Below are positions 60,535 through 64,000 of a stretch of 64,000 nucleotides of DNA, piece by piece. The notes beneath the pieces were generated by a model that was not told the origin of the DNA, did no database searches, and saw only the letters and a list, made by a program, of their open reading frames with translations. Source of the stretch: Macrostomum lignano (taxonomy: Eukaryota); NCBI GenBank assembly GCA_002269645.1, contig NIVC01003412.1:35280-99279 (forward strand), read 5' to 3'. Position 1 is the first letter of the stretch. Every line of letters starts with the position of its first letter. The position numbers and the translations under genes are program-made.

Positions 60535-61580
60535 TAGGAAGTTTCAGCCCCGATGCTGACGCAGCCCTGTACAGTGAGCGTGTACGGGCAGAGAGGGGTG
60601 GGTGGACAGAGAGCCAGTCACTAGGTTGTTATACTGTTGAAGCATAGGGAGCGAGAAGTTTTAACCCCGACGCTGACGCAGCCCTGTACAGTGAGCGTGT
60701 ACGGGCAGAGGGTGGGTGGAAAGAGATGTGAACAACACAGCCTGCTGCAGGAGCCGGATAGAGAGGCGCATGCTAGGACAGAGAGGCAGTGTGAGTCACA
60801 CACACCCCACAGAGAGAGTCGTACAGAGGATAGAGAGCTCCCTCCCCAGTTGCAGGGGACAGAGAGGCAAGCAGGGTATGCAGGGGCATGCGATCAGTCA
60901 AGGGGCCACGCGAGGATAGAGTGGAGGAGCAGAGATGTGTAGGGACAGAGAGCAGGCCACGCGTGCGTAGTGTGAGGGAACAGAAACATATGGAGCAGGA
61001 GGGAGATAGGGAGCAAACGCTCTGGGTAAGGGAGCCACACAAGGGAGCCATGCAGCAGGGAGCAGTGTACAGTGAGACACGGGCAGGGGTGGAGCCGTGC
61101 GTGGACAGAGCTGAACGGCACGGTCAGCTGCAGGAATAGGATGATAGAGAGGCGCGGAGAGGAGGGGGGGGGCAGAGAGCAGTGTGCAGGGGTAGGCAGC
61201 CACGCAGGCTGGGGAACAGAGAGGCGCGTGTCAGCCAGTTGCAGCCCGGGACAGAGAAGTGTGAAGGGGGCCTGGGACAGAGTTGCGAGCAAGGCACAGA
61301 GAGGTAGGGTCCAGTAGCTATGTATAGACAGGGACCCACGCGAGGGCAGGACTGGGGAGTAGGCATGCAAGTTGCATGCAAGGGCAGAGAGGTGTGCGCG
61401 GAGGGAGACAGAGAGCAGTGTGTAGGGGTAGGTAACAGCAAACTTTAGTAGAGGCGCGTGCGGGGACGGAGAAACCAGTCTGAGCGTACAGAGACGTTAC
61501 AGAGAGGTACACAAACAGAGACCAAAGCGGGCAGAGCACGTGTAGGGACAGAGACGTGAGGGAGAATCGACCAAAACACG
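60535..61580. repeat. Purine-rich low-complexity segment with internal direct repeats
   Basis: gacagagag-type units; ctgacgcagccctgtacagtgagcgtgtacgggcagag at ~60557 and ~60673. Confidence 0.6.
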
Positions 61581-62734
61581 CTATGTATTATCAAAAGTTG
61601 GATTTAGTGCAGCATATTTAATAGTGGGTAGTATAATAGTATGTACATAGTACCTAGTAGTATTAATAGTAAGTATATTAGCCCAAAAGGTAGGCTAAAA
61701 CAGGCTAAACTGTGTGTACGCATCCTCATCATCCCACAAGCACCCTCCCCTGCCAGACTCACTCTTCCAAACCCTCCTGTATTGCTGTATGAAGGAAAAT
61801 ATAGTGTAAAAATACAGATGTTAACCGCTAGACCACTGAAATCAGGGCACACTAGAGGGGTTTCGGGGTCTGCATGCTCTATGTAAGCTGCTTGAGGAGG
61901 TTCCAGGGTGTAGGGAGGGTTTCCATTATGTTTTGAAAAAAGAACTAGGAGGTTAAATTCAACGGTTTATTCAAAAAGTAGGTTATTTTAATGAAATAGC
62001 TGATACAATCATTGTCGAGAGTAGAAATTTTTATAAGAAACCAGGTATTTTAGCAAAAATAAACCTTCAAACCACATAAATTTGAATAAAAAGCAGACAT
62101 TTTCAAGTAAGCAAACTACATAGAAACTACATAGAAAAGTAAGTAAACTAGGCACAAAACCAGCAAATTTTACCTTTTTTATTTTAATGTTACTGATAAA
62201 GTAGAGAGTAGAAACTTGTGAGCTGTACGGAGTTAGAAAGTATTAGGCATTATGTATCGTATGAATTATTAGTTCAGTACCAGCCATTGGTCAAGCGAGC
62301 ATTTATGAAGTTATTACGAGCGAAGAAGGGATAGAGAGGCATATACAGGAAGACCATCGTCTCCTTCTAAACCACCGCGATCAGATTGCTAATAGAGATA
62401 AGCTTTGTCTGTGTGTAGTATGAGTAAGCGAAGGCGGGGCAAATACTTTTCAACATGCCAGACAGACAGTATTATGCTAGGATTTCTCTCGAAATCTCGA
62501 TACGTTAGTTTTTATCACACCATCCATTGCGCCAACTATCAGCAGTAGTATATTATGTTATTAAACCTTACAAACCCAGGTCCGGTAAATATTACAAGAG
62601 TATATTACGTACACACGCCAACCTCGAATACCAAACCATACTAGTCTACTTGCAGTGCTCCCGGAGGGAAGGGATGGTCTGGAGTTACACACCAAGAATG
62701 CATTCATACAAAGAGTACATCACTCGAGCCCAGT

Positions 62735-63105
62735 CCAGGCGCCCCGACATGTATGACGCAGGCAACCCTCCCGACATGTATGCAGCAGGCGCACCTCCCG
62801 ATATGTACCCCGATATGTACACCCTTCCGATATGTATGCCCACCCTCCAGAGCAGCAGGCACCCATTGCCGCAGACGCCCAAGCCGCAGGCACCCCGAGT
62901 GACACTCTCCCGAGCCAAAGGTACACTCTCCCCAGTACGGTGTACACTCTCCCAATACAGGTGTACACTCTCCCAATACAGGTGTACACTCTCCCAATAC
63001 AGGTGTACACTCTCCCAATACAGGTGTACACTCCCCGATATGAGTGTACACTCTCCCAATATGAGTGTACACTCTCTCGATATGTATGTGTACACCGATA
63101 TGTAA
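62735..63105. repeat. Composite repeat block, copy 2
   Basis: Same order of subrepeats as 60040-60400, with a different 21-bp copy number. Confidence 0.85.
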
Positions 63106-64000
63106 CCAACGATATTAACACAAAATTAGGCTAGTGAAAACTACTCATAGTAGGTGAAATTGCGTATATTTACATAAAAAGTAAGCAAAACGCATATTAA
63201 ACATATCAGTAGGTGTAAATATCGGTGCATAATGCATATTACGATGCATATAGGTGTACAGACATATAGAATTAAGTATATGGGCAGCAAAAAACACACA
63301 ATATAGATGCATTTTATCGATATATTGACAGAAAAGTAGGTGAAATAGACAAAATCGTAATACAAAGCGGTACATATCGCTTTATTAGTGGAGTAGGCGC
63401 TTGCAGATGCTAGTATAATGTAAAACATAGGTTGAAATACACATACACAGAGTAGATACAAGTATAATACAGGTGCATATGCACACACTGTAGATTCAAA
63501 TTATGTAGGTGTATAGGCTAAAATACACACATCGTAGAGGCAGAAGCAAGCATAATGCAGGAAAATTATGATACATATTAGTGCATAAAAGTATCATATT
63601 ATGACACACTGTAGCACATATTGACATAATGCAGGGGAAAATATTGACAGAAATAATGCACAATTGTAGAGGTAACAACCCGCCAACTAGTAAGGGCATC
63701 CAACACTTGTTCAGGTTTTTATTATTTCGAGACGAGTGTCACGCCCTCGCAAGAGATCTTATCAGACATTTGTTGAACCCCACTGCAACTCCCCAGAGCC
63801 TCCAAATGCGAGTTTTTAACCCAGGGTCGAGTACAAAGGGCCCGCCCACTCTTAACCCCAAGGGGGATCCCTAGCGGAGACCAAGTACAGTGCGGATGGA
63901 GAGGGGTAACAGAAAGCGCTGCATCAGACCGCGAGCTGCATTCCTCCCTGAGGTAGGCGCGTCAGCTCCCACTCCCCTCATTTAACCATCAAGTAAACTA

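Overview
Eukaryotic (animal) genomic DNA with GT-AG introns and dense repeats; no prokaryotic features and no CRISPR. The gene and repeat style suggests a flatworm such as Macrostomum, but that is inference only. Main content, all genes on the minus strand. (1) At the left edge, an ankyrin-repeat exon (916-~2200) splices in frame (intron 612-915, phase 2) onto an exon (1-611) that the ORF track misses. That exon carries a Mab-21/cGAS-type nucleotidyltransferase signature (TGNYAEGW...DSDID), so the gene looks like an ankyrin-cGAS-like receptor (cGLR) that runs off the window. (2) A tandem array of seven paralogues (A-G) of an unnamed type-I membrane receptor: signal peptide, CUB-like exon, degenerate C-type-lectin-like domain, Cys-containing spacer, TM, and a paralogue-specific, often repeat-expanded tail. 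Exon phases are conserved, exons are mosaic between copies, A and G are frameshifted pseudogenes, and F is an intact 3' cassette with no visible 5' exons. (3) Mobile DNA: three ~2-kb solo LTRs with TGATG...CATCA ends and 4-bp TSDs, an hAT-type MITE with an 8-bp TSD, two tRNA-derived SINEs (one CORE-like), a decayed THAP/P-element transposase, several LINE fragments, a Crypton-like relic beside a perfect 90-bp inverted repeat, and composite elements joining different satellites to a tRNA-Ser-like head. (4) Many mini/satellite arrays and a short interstitial (TTAGGG)n tract. All exon models and alignments were read by eye and need computational confirmation.
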